From an uncultured Rikenellaceae bacterium (GTDB lineage: Bacteria; Bacteroidota; Bacteroidia; Bacteroidales; VadinHA17): a stretch of DNA of 64,000 nt. Position numbers and translations under genes: made by a program. Positions 18,562-28,559 of this stretch are shown piece by piece; the first letter of the stretch is position 1, and every line of letters starts with the position of its first letter. The notes under the pieces are model-generated. The model saw nothing but the letters and a program-made list of their open reading frames with translations, did no database searches and was not told where the DNA came from. The DNA is taken from the NCBI GenBank assembly GCA_964638955.1, contig CAZWZQ010000002.1, positions 2,883-66,882 of the forward strand, given 5' to 3'.

Positions 18562-19408
18562 AATTCTGACTATTGTAATAATATTAATCATTACTGCCGG
18601 ATGCGGTAATTCAAGACGCGATCCTAACCGTGTTGCTGTTGCCCGCGCAGGAGATGTTTTTCTATATCTTGATCAGATACCCCGGCTTATTACAGAGGAA
18701 ACATCAGAAATGGACAGCGCAGGTATAATACAAGATTATATAAACAAATGGGCCAGGAAAGAATTTCTTTATCAGAAGGCTGTTGAGAATCTTTCCCCGG
18801 AACTCAAGGATGAAATAGATAAACAGATAGAAGAGACCCGGGCCGATCTGGTAATCTATCAGTATCAGAGGCAAATGATGCTGGAGAAAATGGATACTAC
18901 TGTAACTGAGGCAGAAATGGAAAATTACTATTCAACCAGCCATGAAAGTTTTTTCCTCGGCTCGAATATTATCAAAGCATTGTTTATTAAGCTTCCGGTT
19001 GAGACTCCCGACATTTACAGGATAAGACGTCTCGCTCGATCAAATGAGCAGGATGATCTTCAGCAGCTTGAATCCATTTGTTACCAGTTTGCTGATAAAT
19101 TCGATGATTTCAACGAGAAATGGATACCATTCGACAGGCTTTCTGTGGAGCTGCCCGAAAATATTTCAAATGAGGAATATTTCCTGAGAAGAACATCTTT
19201 CTATGAATCAAACGATTCCGCTTATATTTACTTTATTACAATCAGGGATTACAGGCTCAGATCCACCCTGGCTCCATTTGAATATGTCAGGGACGATATT
19301 AAAAGGATTATCTGGAATAACCGCAGGCTCGAGTTTATCCAGGCTCTTGAAAACGGGATTTATAATGATGCACTTAAAGAGAATGATTTTACAATTTTTA
19401 ATAATTAA
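18554..19408 (+). CDS. Lipoprotein with a SurA-N-like chaperone region and no PPIase domain
   Basis: 284 aa. The lipobox is IITAGCGNS. It overlaps the upstream gene by 8 nt and lies between two PPIase genes, as in other Bacteroidota. Confidence 0.65.
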   Translation: MNRILTIVIILIITAGCGNSRRDPNRVAVARAGDVFLYLDQIPRLITEETSEMDSAGIIQDYINKWARKEFLYQKAVENLSPELKDEIDKQIEETRADLVIYQYQRQMMLEKMDTTVTEAEMENYYSTSHESFFLGSNIIKALFIKLPVETPDIYRIRRLARSNEQDDLQQLESICYQFADKFDDFNEKWIPFDRLSVELPENISNEEYFLRRTSFYESNDSAYIYFITIRDYRLRSTLAPFEYVRDDIKRIIWNNRRLEFIQALENGIYNDALKENDFTIFNN

Positions 19409-19409
19409 T

Positions 19410-20771
19410 ATGATGAAAAAGGGTTTGGGATTTATTTTAATACTGACGGGTATACTAATTTCGGGATTTTCGACCGCAAATGCACAGGTGCTTGTTGAGT
19501 CAGTAGCAGCAGTTGTAGGGGATGAGGAGATATACCTGTCTGATATAGAAACCCTTGTAATCGACTTGAAGAGAAATGGCAACAGATCCCCGACAGATCA
19601 GCAACGGTGCATCGTACTTAATGAACTGCTGGTATCAAGGCTCTTTCTCGATCAGGCAAGGATTGACAGTATTGAAGTTACACCGGATATGGTTGAAACC
19701 GAGATCACTATGAACATAAACAGCGCAATACAAAGTGCCGGTAGTGAAAAAGCTCTTGAAGAATATTTTGGAAAAAGCATGGTTGAAATACGTCGGGATA
19801 TTCGAAAGGCTTTGATTGAGCAGGAAATAATAAGAGAAGTGCAGTCAAATATTGCGGCAGATGTGACAGTAACACCAAACCAGTTAAAAAGATATTATTC
19901 CGATATCCCAAAAGACAGTCTTCCGGTTATCCCTGCAAAGGTCCAGTTAAGTATAATCCAGCTTGATCCGCCCGGTAAAGAAGAGAATAAAGCTGAAGCA
20001 AGACAGAGGCTTCTTGATATCAGAAGTGAGATTCTTGCCGGTAAAAGCTTCAATGTTTTAGCAGTAATGTATTCAGAAGATCCCGGAACCGCAAGGAACG
20101 GAGGCGAACTGGGTTACACCGTAAGAGGCTCGCTTGAAAAGGCATACGCCGATGCAGCATTCAGTCTTACAAAAAATACAGTATCGAGAATTGTTGAGAC
20201 AAGATATGGATTCCATATCATTCAGCTAATCGACCGAAAAGGTGACATGATAAATACGCGGCATATTCTGATTAAACCCAAAGTAAAACCTGATCAGGCT
20301 GCCAGGGCAATTTCCACACTCGACAGTCTGGCAAATATGATAAGGAAAGACAGTATAAGCTTTGAAACTGCAGCAAAAATCTATTCAAGTCATAAAGACA
20401 GCAGAATAAACGGCGGGAAATTAGTAAGTACCAATCCTTCTGAAAGGATCACATGGTTCACACTTGATGAACTTAATTCTGAAATGTACGTAAAAGTCAG
20501 AGACATGAAACAGGGTGAAATATCTGAGGCTTTCAGAACTGAAGATGATGACGGTAATGTAGTATTCAGGATAGTACGGCTGGATAATGAAATCCCTGCC
20601 CACAGGGCAAACCTGAAAGACGATTATGAGATCCTCTGGACAGCGGCGCTGAGACAAAAGCGCTCCAAAGCATATGATAAGTGGATCGATGAGAAGATTA
20701 AGAGCACCTATATTAGAATCAGCGATGAGTTAAAATCATGCGATTTTCTGAAAGAAGGATGGCTGAAATAA
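19410..20771 (+). CDS. surA: SurA-like peptidyl-prolyl isomerase
   Basis: The track ORF starts at 19203 inside the previous gene. The ATG at 19410 gives the signal peptide MMKKGLGFILILTGILISGFSTANAQ. The parvulin signature is YGFHIIQLIDR. Confidence 0.8.
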   Translation: MMKKGLGFILILTGILISGFSTANAQVLVESVAAVVGDEEIYLSDIETLVIDLKRNGNRSPTDQQRCIVLNELLVSRLFLDQARIDSIEVTPDMVETEITMNINSAIQSAGSEKALEEYFGKSMVEIRRDIRKALIEQEIIREVQSNIAADVTVTPNQLKRYYSDIPKDSLPVIPAKVQLSIIQLDPPGKEENKAEARQRLLDIRSEILAGKSFNVLAVMYSEDPGTARNGGELGYTVRGSLEKAYADAAFSLTKNTVSRIVETRYGFHIIQLIDRKGDMINTRHILIKPKVKPDQAARAISTLDSLANMIRKDSISFETAAKIYSSHKDSRINGGKLVSTNPSERITWFTLDELNSEMYVKVRDMKQGEISEAFRTEDDDGNVVFRIVRLDNEIPAHRANLKDDYEILWTAALRQKRSKAYDKWIDEKIKSTYIRISDELKSCDFLKEGWLK

Positions 20772-22321
20772 AATATATCAGGTGTTCCGGTAACTATAAG
20801 TATTTCTTCTTATTGTTGATTTGCCTGGCAATTACCTCTGCACCAGTATCGCAGGATACAATATCTCAAAAAAAGAAGAGCAGGAAAATTGAAATTCTGC
20901 ATGCTGACCTCTGGCAGGTTGATGAAACAATTGATAAAGACCTGCAGCAACTCCTTGGAAATGTTGCCCTTAAACATAATGAGGTCTGGATGAATTGTGA
21001 CAGTGCATACTACTATCAGAAAAAAAACCAGGTAAAAGCATTCGGAAGAATCCATATTCAACAGGGTGATACCCTTCACCTTAATGGTAATTATCTTTAT
21101 TACGACGGAGAAACGGAATTTGCATTCGTCGAAGGCGATGTTGAACTAATTGATAAAGAGACACATCTGTTTACAACCGCTGTTACATACGACTTTGTTA
21201 CTGACATTGCACATTATAGCAATCACGGCAGGATTATCAACGGAGATAACACACTTACAAGCAGGATAGGTATTTATTATGCCAAAATGAATCTTTATCA
21301 TTTCAAGGACAGTGTTAAAATTGTCAATCCTGATTATATTATGACGGCCGATACGATGGATTATAATACCAAATCGGAAACCGCTCTGTTTACTGGTCCT
21401 TCAGAACTGGTTGGCGACAGCCTTTATCTCTATTGTGAAAGAGGCTGGTATGATACTAAGAATAACATAACAAGTATCTGGGAAAATGCCCTGATTGACA
21501 ATAAGAAGCAACTCATTAAAGGAGATTCACTCTATTATGAAGACGATACAGGATTCGGCGAGTCTTTCGGGAATATCAGTATTACCGACACCACTAATAA
21601 TTTAATAGTCAAGGGGCATTTTGCCTGGTACTATAAAGAACCTGAAAGATTCATGGTTACTGACAGTGCCGTTTTTATACAGGTCTCCGGAAGCGATTCA
21701 CTCTTTCTTCATGCTGATACAATAAGTGCAGCATCATCGGTATCTGATACATCGGGTACAGGATTCAGGACCATGAAAGCATATTATCAATGCCGTGTTT
21801 TCAGTAATGACTTGCAGGCAAAATGTGATTCTCTCTCCTACTCTTTCAGGGATTCTGTAATAAGGCTGTATACTAACCCGGTATTATGGTCGGAGGAAAA
21901 TCAGCTGACATCCGACTCCATGGCAGTTTTCACCAAAAACCGTAAGGCAGACAGGTTGGAGCTGTATAATATGGCATTCGTTACAAGCCAGGTAGATACG
22001 ATGCGATACAACCAGATAAAGGGAAGATCGCTCACCGGTTATTTTGAAGACAATGAGTTATACAAGATAGTTATTACCGGCAATGGGGAGTCTATATACT
22101 ATCTTCTTGACAATGATGAACTTTCTGGTGTGAACAGGGCTGAATGCTCAAATATTGAAATATATATAGATGATGGAAAAATAACTGAGATCCATGAACT
22201 GCAGGAACCCGAAGGAGTAATAGATCCGCCTTCAGAGCTGCCTGGTGATAATCCTCGCCTTGACGGATTTAACTGGTTCGACACTCTCAGACCTAAACAA
22301 ATATCAGATATTTTCAAATAA
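20738..22321 (+). CDS. OstA-like (LptD N-terminal-like) periplasmic protein
   Basis: 527 aa. Its position after surA and its repetitive beta-rich sequence match remembered Bacteroidota OstA-like proteins. An alternative start lies at 20759. Confidence 0.55.
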   Translation: MRFSERRMAEIKYIRCSGNYKYFFLLLICLAITSAPVSQDTISQKKKSRKIEILHADLWQVDETIDKDLQQLLGNVALKHNEVWMNCDSAYYYQKKNQVKAFGRIHIQQGDTLHLNGNYLYYDGETEFAFVEGDVELIDKETHLFTTAVTYDFVTDIAHYSNHGRIINGDNTLTSRIGIYYAKMNLYHFKDSVKIVNPDYIMTADTMDYNTKSETALFTGPSELVGDSLYLYCERGWYDTKNNITSIWENALIDNKKQLIKGDSLYYEDDTGFGESFGNISITDTTNNLIVKGHFAWYYKEPERFMVTDSAVFIQVSGSDSLFLHADTISAASSVSDTSGTGFRTMKAYYQCRVFSNDLQAKCDSLSYSFRDSVIRLYTNPVLWSEENQLTSDSMAVFTKNRKADRLELYNMAFVTSQVDTMRYNQIKGRSLTGYFEDNELYKIVITGNGESIYYLLDNDELSGVNRAECSNIEIYIDDGKITEIHELQEPEGVIDPPSELPGDNPRLDGFNWFDTLRPKQISDIFK

Positions 22322-22383
22322 CACATACCTGAAACAAAATTTAATTCTATTAGTCCCCTTTTGGAGATTTAGGAGCCAGTAAT

Positions 22384-22409
22384 AAAAAAGGGGCTTTTAC
22401 CCCTTTTTT
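22384..22409. terminator. Bidirectional intrinsic terminator between convergent genes
   Basis: AAAAAAGGGG-CTTTTA-CCCCTTTTTT: the stem is flanked by A-run and T-run, so it presents a U-tract in either direction. It overlaps the stop codon of the DUF2795 gene. Confidence 0.6.
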
Positions 22410-22629
22410 AATATTCGTCTTCGTTGAAAAAAAAGTCGTCTTTGCTGGGATAATCGGGCCAGATATCTTCAATACTCTCGTAAATATCACCCTCATCCTC
22501 TATTTCCTGCAAGTTTTCGATAACTTCCATCGGAGCACCTGACCTGATTGCGAAATCTATCAACTCATCTTTGGTTGCAGGCCACGGAGCATCTTCGAGT
22601 TTTGATGCTAATTCAAGTGTCCAATACAT
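22408..22629 (-). CDS. DUF2795 domain protein
   Basis: 73 aa: MYWTLELASKLEDAPWPATKDELIDFAIRSGAPMEVIENLQEIED, matching the remembered DUF2795 pattern. Confidence 0.7.
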   Translation of the reverse strand: MYWTLELASKLEDAPWPATKDELIDFAIRSGAPMEVIENLQEIEDEGDIYESIEDIWPDYPSKDDFFFNEDEY

Positions 22630-22664
22630 CGTCTGCCTCTATAATTTAGTTTTTTTGAGGTTTG

Positions 22665-22672
22665 CAAATATA
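22665..22672 (-). promoter_or_regulatory. Candidate -7 promoter box (TATATTTG on the minus strand) for the DUF2795 gene
   Basis: Exact TAnnTTTG match, 36 nt upstream of the ATG at 22629. Confidence 0.35.
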
Positions 22673-22722
22673 TATATTATTTTAAACAAAAAACAACCGC
22701 TTTTTTAAAGATTTTCAATAGT

Positions 22723-23265
22723 TCAGATGGACCACTTAATCTCCTCATTATCAAGCTCTAAATTAATTCTTCGGCTTAATACATATAGATAATCTGACAG
22801 GCGGTTAAGGAATCTGATGATTAATTCAGGGATTATTTCTTTTTCACTGGCCTCTATCACTCTTCTTTCAGCCCTGCGGCAGACACACCTGGCTATATGG
22901 CAATAGGATACCAGAATATTACCACCGGGCAAAATGAAATTATTTAGAGGTTCAAGTCCTTCTTCAGTCTTATCAATTTCATTTTCAATTATCCTGACAC
23001 AATCCGGTTCAGGAAGGTACTTACTCTCTTCTGCTTTTGCCGGGTCAGAAGCGATGGTAGCAGCAGCTCTCATCAGTTGATCCTGCACATATTTCAGGAA
23101 ATCCTTACGATTTATATTTTCCCGGTGATCTGCTAAAAGTCCTATCCAGGAGATTAGTTCATCGAGTGTACCATACACTTCAACTCTGATATGGTATTTT
23201 GGTACTCTTTCACCACCCGCCAATGAAGTGGTGCCATCATCGCCTGTGCGGGTATATATTTTCAT
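22723..23265 (-). CDS. ATP:cob(I)alamin adenosyltransferase, PduO type
   Basis: 180 aa. The N-terminus MKIYTRTGDDGTTSLAGGERVPK is the hallmark of the PduO/MMAB family. Confidence 0.85.
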   Translation of the reverse strand: MKIYTRTGDDGTTSLAGGERVPKYHIRVEVYGTLDELISWIGLLADHRENINRKDFLKYVQDQLMRAAATIASDPAKAEESKYLPEPDCVRIIENEIDKTEEGLEPLNNFILPGGNILVSYCHIARCVCRRAERRVIEASEKEIIPELIIRFLNRLSDYLYVLSRRINLELDNEEIKWSI

Positions 23266-23315
23266 AATATGAAAAATAAAAGATTATCCTGCCAATCCTG
23301 TGAATAGTAAAGTTC

Positions 23316-24017
23316 TCAGGCTGGTTTATACTTATCGTTCGGAATATCCTCGGCTACTTCTCCGTCGAAAAGTCTTATTATACGGGCAGCATGCCTGGCA
23401 ATATCTTGCTCGTGTGTGACCACGATAACCGTATTGCCATTTCTGTGTATATCATCCAGAAGGCTCATGATATCTAACGAGGTCTTACTGTCAAGGTTTC
23501 CGGTAGGTTCATCCGCCAATATTATAGAAGGATTGTTAACCAGAGCCCTGGCTATTGCGACACGCTGTCTTTGTCCGCCGGAAAGCTCATTTGGTTTATG
23601 GGTCATCCTGTCACCAAGCCCTACATGGTTCATGGTTTCAATAGCCATTTTTTCACGTTCTGCTTTTTTAATTCCGGCATATATTAATGGCAGTGTAACA
23701 TTTTCCAATGCTGTATATCTGGGAAGAAGGTTAAAAGTCTGAAAAACAAATCCTATTTCTTTATTACGTATCTCGGCAAGGAAATCATCTTCCATCTTGC
23801 TGACATCGGTTCCGTTGAGTATATAGGTTCCGCTGGTTGACGTGTCAAGACAACCGAGCAGGTTCATCAATGTTGATTTACCTGAACCTGAGGGACCCAT
23901 AATTGCCACATATTCATTCCTGTTGATGTTAACAGTCACCGATCTCAAAGCTCTGACAATTACTGTTCCAACCTGGTAGTTCTTTACAATATTATGTATC
24001 TCAATTACTCTGTTCAT
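23316..24017 (-). CDS. ABC transporter ATP-binding protein (MacB/LolD-like)
   Basis: 233 aa. Walker A is GPSGSGKST, the signature motif is LSGGQRQR, and Walker B is [11 protein letters not shown]. No permease gene is adjacent. Confidence 0.9.
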   Translation of the reverse strand: MNRVIEIHNIVKNYQVGTVIVRALRSVTVNINRNEYVAIMGPSGSGKSTLMNLLGCLDTSTSGTYILNGTDVSKMEDDFLAEIRNKEIGFVFQTFNLLPRYTALENVTLPLIYAGIKKAEREKMAIETMNHVGLGDRMTHKPNELSGGQRQRVAIARALVNNPSIILADEPTGNLDSKTSLDIMSLLDDIHRNGNTVIVVTHEQDIARHAARIIRLFDGEVAEDIPNDKYKPA

Positions 24018-24089
24018 TTCCTTTAAAATTAGAATTTCCGAAATTAGATTAATTTAGTTAAATACGAAATTATAGTATCTTAATTTTTG

Positions 24090-24875
24090 TTAATACTTTA
24101 TCACATAATTGTAACGATTCATTCTCTCCCTGAAAAAGACGAAACCCATCCTGAAAATGTCCACTGTAAGAGTAACCTTTTTATGCTTCTTTATCAGCGT
24201 CCATGCCTCTTCCATTTCTTCTGATATATGTATGTCATCAATTATAATCACACTATTCTTATCAGAAAGATCCGCCATCTCTTCGAAGTATTTTAAGGTG
24301 GGTTCTTTTCTGTGGTTCCCGTCAATAAACACCAGCCCGGGTTTTACAGATTTTTTCCGTAGCTCAGGTATTGTATCATCGAACGATCCGTTAATCAGGT
24401 GTACATTGTTAATACCGGCATATTCAAAGTTCTCTTTTGCAATTTCAGCTGTAGAAGGGCATCCTTCTATGGTATGGACCACTGATCCCGGAGATGCAGT
24501 TGCCATATACATTGTGCTTATACCCAGTGATGTTCCGAGCTCTATAATGTCAGGTTTTCCAAATTCTGATGCCATGTTAGATAATAGCCTGCCATATTTC
24601 CGAGGTACTGCTGAGTATGCTGCAATATCTGACACTCTTCTTAAACTGTTTTTCATTCTGGATGATCCTCCTCCAAGATCCTGAACTGAAATGATCCTGT
24701 CGTCAGAAATATTTTTCTTTCTTATATTCTCAATCTTTAAGACAATATCCTGATCAATTTTATTCCGCATGATCCGCGATACCAGGTCGAAAACAAAAGG
24801 ACTGTGGATGCCGTGTCCCTTCCTGTGCCCCGAAAACATAAGATAACCCAGATATTTTATTCTTAAAAAAAACAT
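24090..24875 (-). CDS. Class I SAM-dependent (O-)methyltransferase
   Basis: 261 aa. It carries the motif I-like IELGTSLGIST and the N-terminal HRKGHGIHSPFVFDLV typical of a conserved Bacteroidota family. Confidence 0.75.
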   Translation of the reverse strand: MFFLRIKYLGYLMFSGHRKGHGIHSPFVFDLVSRIMRNKIDQDIVLKIENIRKKNISDDRIISVQDLGGGSSRMKNSLRRVSDIAAYSAVPRKYGRLLSNMASEFGKPDIIELGTSLGISTMYMATASPGSVVHTIEGCPSTAEIAKENFEYAGINNVHLINGSFDDTIPELRKKSVKPGLVFIDGNHRKEPTLKYFEEMADLSDKNSVIIIDDIHISEEMEEAWTLIKKHKKVTLTVDIFRMGFVFFRERMNRYNYVIKY

Positions 24876-24909
24876 CGCTGTTCAGATAATATATTTTAGG
24901 TAAGGTGTA

Positions 24910-24917
24910 CAAAAATA
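24910..24917 (-). promoter_or_regulatory. Candidate -7 promoter box (TATTTTTG on the minus strand)
   Basis: Exact TAnnTTTG match, 35 nt upstream of the methyltransferase ATG. Confidence 0.3.
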
Positions 24918-25017
24918 AGTATTTTAGGTCATCTTTTAAATTCTATAAATCAGTAATGAAAAAGCACTTGTACCTGATTTTTAAAAATTGCGATATTCGG
25001 ATCCTTTACATTTAAAA

Positions 25018-27123
25018 ATGCACGAATTTCTCGAAACTGATATTAAATACCTGCCCGGTGTCGGACCTAAAAGAGCTGAGTTGCTCAATAAAGAACTGAA
25101 TATCTTCACCTTTTATGATCTCCTGTATTATTTTCCATATAAATATATCGACAGGACAAGGTTTTACAAGATTTCCGAGCTCGATCCTGATTTGCCGTAT
25201 GTTCAGGTAAAGGGTATGATAAAGGGATATTATACAGAAGGGTACAGAGCCGGGAAAAGGCTTATTGCGGATTTCGGGGATGATACAGGGACCATCAAAC
25301 TTGTGTGGTTTAAAGGCAGTAAATGGATAACAGGCAACTATGTTCCGGGGGTTGAATATATTGTTTTTGGCAAGCCTGGCGTTTTCAACGGCATGATCAA
25401 TATAATCCACCCCGAGATTGAAGCATCAGGAAAGGTTGCTGAGAGAATGAGTTCTGCGCTTCAGGCACAATACAGCACCACTGAAAAACTCAAGAATCAT
25501 TTTCTAACCTCGAAAGCTGTCAGCAAGCTCATGGGAAATCTTTTCAGGCAGATGACATTCACACTGCCTGAAACATTGCCTGCCGGCATTGTCTCAAAGT
25601 ATAAGCTGATGGGTCTTCATCAGGCTCTGCAGAAGATACATTTCCCTTCTGATCCTCGTGAACTTGAAAGAGCGAGGTATCGACTGAAGTTCGAGGAACT
25701 CTTTTATATCCAGCTTAATCTGCTAAGGTATAAGAACAAACGCTCGCAAAGATTCAAGGGTTTTGTTTTTTCAAGTGTCGGGGAAAATTTCAATAATTTC
25801 TATTTCAACAATCTTCCTTTTTCGCTTACCGATGCGCAGAAAAGAGTCATGAAAGAGATCCGCAAAGATCTTGGTTCCGGGAAACAGATGAACAGGCTTC
25901 TTCAGGGTGATGTTGGAAGCGGAAAAACACTGGTTGCCCTTATGAGCATGCTAATCGCTATAGACAACGGGTACCAGGCGTGTATCATGGCTCCGACAGA
26001 GATCCTTGCCGGTCAGCATTATGAGACAATCACAAAAATGCTTGAAGGCATCAACGTAAAAATCAGGCTTTTAACAGGCTCTTCAAAAAGATCGTTACGA
26101 AAGGATATCAGCGAATCACTGCTCGACAAATCACTGAATATACTTATAGGCACCCATGCTCTTATCGAAGAAAATGTAAAATTCGCTAACCTTGGTCTGG
26201 TAATTATTGATGAGCAGCACAGGTTCGGTGTTGAACAGAGAGCACGGCTCTGGGAAAAAAGTCTTAATCCGCCTCATGTACTTGTTATGACAGCCACTCC
26301 TATACCGAGAACTCTGGCAATGACTCTTTATGGCGATCTTGATGTTTCAGTTATTAATGAGCTCCCTCCCGGCAGGGTGCCTATAAAAACAATGCATTTT
26401 TTTGACTCTGAAAAAAATAAGGTGTTTGGTTTCCTGCGCCGGCAGATAGCTGAAGGCCGTCAGATATATATAGTATATCCGTTAATAAAGGAATCCGAGA
26501 CCATGGATTATAAGGATCTTGAAGATGGCTGGGATACAATTTCAAGGGAGTTTCAGCCGCCTGAGTATTGTATAAGTGTGGTGCATGGAAGAATGACTCC
26601 GGCAATAAAGGAAGAATCAATGAGACTCTTCAGGGATGGTCATGCTCATATTCTTATTGCTACAACTGTTATAGAGGTGGGTGTTGATATTCCCAATGCC
26701 ACCGTCATGGTGATAGAGAGTGCTGAACGATTCGGACTTTCGCAGCTTCATCAGCTCAGAGGTCGCGTGGGAAGAGGCGCCGATCAGTCATATTGTATCC
26801 TGAAGAGCTCTCAGAAACTCTCAAAAGAGGCTGCAAGAAGAATAGAGGTCATGATAAGTACAAATGACGGTTTCGAGATTGCTGAAACAGATCTTCAACT
26901 AAGGGGCCCCGGTGATATCGAAGGAACAATGCAGAGCGGTATCCCATTCGATCTTAAGATATCGGATCTGTCAAAAGATGGACAGCTGATTGAATATGTA
27001 AGGAATATTGCAGAAGATATTCTCAACAAGGATCCTCTTCTTGAACAAGATCAGAATCTTATTCTTTCAGCAGGACTGAAACGTTTGTTCAGTAAACGAC
27101 AGTCGTGGAGCAATATAAGTTGA
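25018..27123 (+). CDS. recG: ATP-dependent DNA helicase RecG
   Basis: The track start at 24988 is a TTG. The ATG at 25018 gives MHEFLETDIKYLPGVGPKRAELL. Walker A is GDVGSGKT and the DEQH box is IIDEQHRFG. Confidence 0.9.
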   Translation: MHEFLETDIKYLPGVGPKRAELLNKELNIFTFYDLLYYFPYKYIDRTRFYKISELDPDLPYVQVKGMIKGYYTEGYRAGKRLIADFGDDTGTIKLVWFKGSKWITGNYVPGVEYIVFGKPGVFNGMINIIHPEIEASGKVAERMSSALQAQYSTTEKLKNHFLTSKAVSKLMGNLFRQMTFTLPETLPAGIVSKYKLMGLHQALQKIHFPSDPRELERARYRLKFEELFYIQLNLLRYKNKRSQRFKGFVFSSVGENFNNFYFNNLPFSLTDAQKRVMKEIRKDLGSGKQMNRLLQGDVGSGKTLVALMSMLIAIDNGYQACIMAPTEILAGQHYETITKMLEGINVKIRLLTGSSKRSLRKDISESLLDKSLNILIGTHALIEENVKFANLGLVIIDEQHRFGVEQRARLWEKSLNPPHVLVMTATPIPRTLAMTLYGDLDVSVINELPPGRVPIKTMHFFDSEKNKVFGFLRRQIAEGRQIYIVYPLIKESETMDYKDLEDGWDTISREFQPPEYCISVVHGRMTPAIKEESMRLFRDGHAHILIATTVIEVGVDIPNATVMVIESAERFGLSQLHQLRGRVGRGADQSYCILKSSQKLSKEAARRIEVMISTNDGFEIAETDLQLRGPGDIEGTMQSGIPFDLKISDLSKDGQLIEYVRNIAEDILNKDPLLEQDQNLILSAGLKRLFSKRQSWSNIS

Positions 27124-27204
27124 AAGGTTTATTTAAAATAATTATAAATAACAAAAGCATCATAGATGCTGATAAAAAGCATTACAAGATTTTTAGAGTA
27201 ATTT

Positions 27205-27212
27205 TAATTTTG
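27205..27212 (+). promoter_or_regulatory. Candidate -7 promoter box (TAATTTTG) for the rseC-rnf operon
   Basis: Exact TAnnTTTG match, 29 nt upstream of the rseC ATG. Confidence 0.4.
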
Positions 27213-27240
27213 CCTATTAATTTTCTGAGTAGCGAAGAAC

Positions 27241-27657
27241 ATGTCTGATAAATTTGATAGTATTGAACACAAAGGCATAGTGCAGAGATCAGATAATAAT
27301 TCTGTTACGGTCAGCATAATATCATCGGCAGCATGCGCAGGATGCCATGCTGAAGGGATTTGCTCACTCTCAGGACAGCAAGAGAAAATTGTTGAAATAC
27401 CCGGTATGTATCAGGTACATCCGGGCGACAATGTAACAATCCGGATGAAACAATCGTCCGGACATATTGCTGTGTTCCTTGGTTATGTAATGCCACTGAT
27501 CCTTTTAGTGGCTGTACTGATAATCCTTATATCTCTTTCAGTACCCGAGCTAACTGCAGGACTTGGAGCACTGGCTGTACTGATCCCCTATTACTTTATT
27601 CTATATATTTTCAGAAACAAAATAAGCAGGAAATTTATATTTACGCTAAAAGCCTGA
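27241..27657 (+). CDS. rseC: RseC/MucC-family (SoxR-reducing system) membrane protein
   Basis: 138 aa. It has the Cys motif CAGCHAEGIC followed by two TM helices, and sits immediately upstream of rnfB as in other Bacteroidota. Confidence 0.75.
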   Translation: MSDKFDSIEHKGIVQRSDNNSVTVSIISSAACAGCHAEGICSLSGQQEKIVEIPGMYQVHPGDNVTIRMKQSSGHIAVFLGYVMPLILLVAVLIILISLSVPELTAGLGALAVLIPYYFILYIFRNKISRKFIFTLKA

Positions 27658-27661
27658 ATTA

Positions 27662-28525
27662 ATGAGCATTACAGTTCTCATAACGATTATAAGCCTGAGT
27701 CTGCTTGCCTTGCTGGCAGCAGTAATACTCTATTTTATAGCTCAGAAATTCAAGGTCATAGAGGATCCCAGGATTGACGAGGTTCAGGCTGTTCTCCCTG
27801 GTGCAAATTGCGGAGCGTGCGGTTTTGCCGGGTGCCGCAATTTTGCAGAGGCACTCGTTAAAGCCGAAACCTTTGAAGGTTTAAATTGTCCGGTGGGCGG
27901 TGCAGCTGTTATGGAAGAAGCTGCTAAGATCCTGGGTAAAGAAGCCCCTGCCGTTGAACCGCTTGTTGCAGTACTTTTATGTAACGGAACACCGGAGTTC
28001 CGTCCTCATACTACCAGGTATGATGGTGTTCCTGATTGCAGGATTGCACATAGTCTCTATACCGGGGAAACGGATTGCAGTTATGGATGCCTGGGGTACG
28101 GCGATTGTGTCAGGGCCTGTATCTTCGATGCAATGTACATGAATATTGAAACCGTATTACCGGTCATCATCGATGATAAATGCGTGGCATGCGGAGCCTG
28201 TGTAAAAGCATGCCCGAGAAATATTATCGAGCTCCGGAAGAAGGCTAAGAAAGACCGCAAAATTTATGTGGCATGCTCAAACTGCGATAAGGGAGGACCG
28301 GCAAGAAGAGCCTGCAAGGCAGCCTGCATAGCCTGCAGCAAATGCTTCAATGTATGTAAATTCGATGCCATTACCATCGAAAATAACCTTGCATACATTG
28401 ATGCCACTAAATGTACATTCTGCAGGAAGTGTGTTGAAGAATGTCCTACAGGTTCTATTCTCGAGCTTAATTTTCCCCCCAGGAAACCTAAAGTTGAAGA
28501 GCAGACCGAGGTAAAAACAGTATAA
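27662..28525 (+). CDS. rnfB: Rnf electron transport complex subunit B (polyferredoxin)
   Basis: 287 aa with an N-terminal TM helix, the motif CGACGFAGCRNFAEAL, and several CxxCxxCxxxCP clusters. Confidence 0.9.
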   Translation: MSITVLITIISLSLLALLAAVILYFIAQKFKVIEDPRIDEVQAVLPGANCGACGFAGCRNFAEALVKAETFEGLNCPVGGAAVMEEAAKILGKEAPAVEPLVAVLLCNGTPEFRPHTTRYDGVPDCRIAHSLYTGETDCSYGCLGYGDCVRACIFDAMYMNIETVLPVIIDDKCVACGACVKACPRNIIELRKKAKKDRKIYVACSNCDKGGPARRACKAACIACSKCFNVCKFDAITIENNLAYIDATKCTFCRKCVEECPTGSILELNFPPRKPKVEEQTEVKTV

Positions 28526-28559
28526 AAATTACATTACATAATATAAAAACATCATATCG

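Noticed and set aside
19203-19409. N-terminal extension of the SurA-like ORF back to 19203
   Set aside because: The extension lies inside the preceding lipoprotein gene in another frame. The ATG at 19410 gives a proper signal peptide directly after the upstream stop codon.
24157-24684. 175-aa plus-strand ORF
   Set aside because: It is antisense to the SAM-dependent methyltransferase gene and is Ser-rich with no motif.
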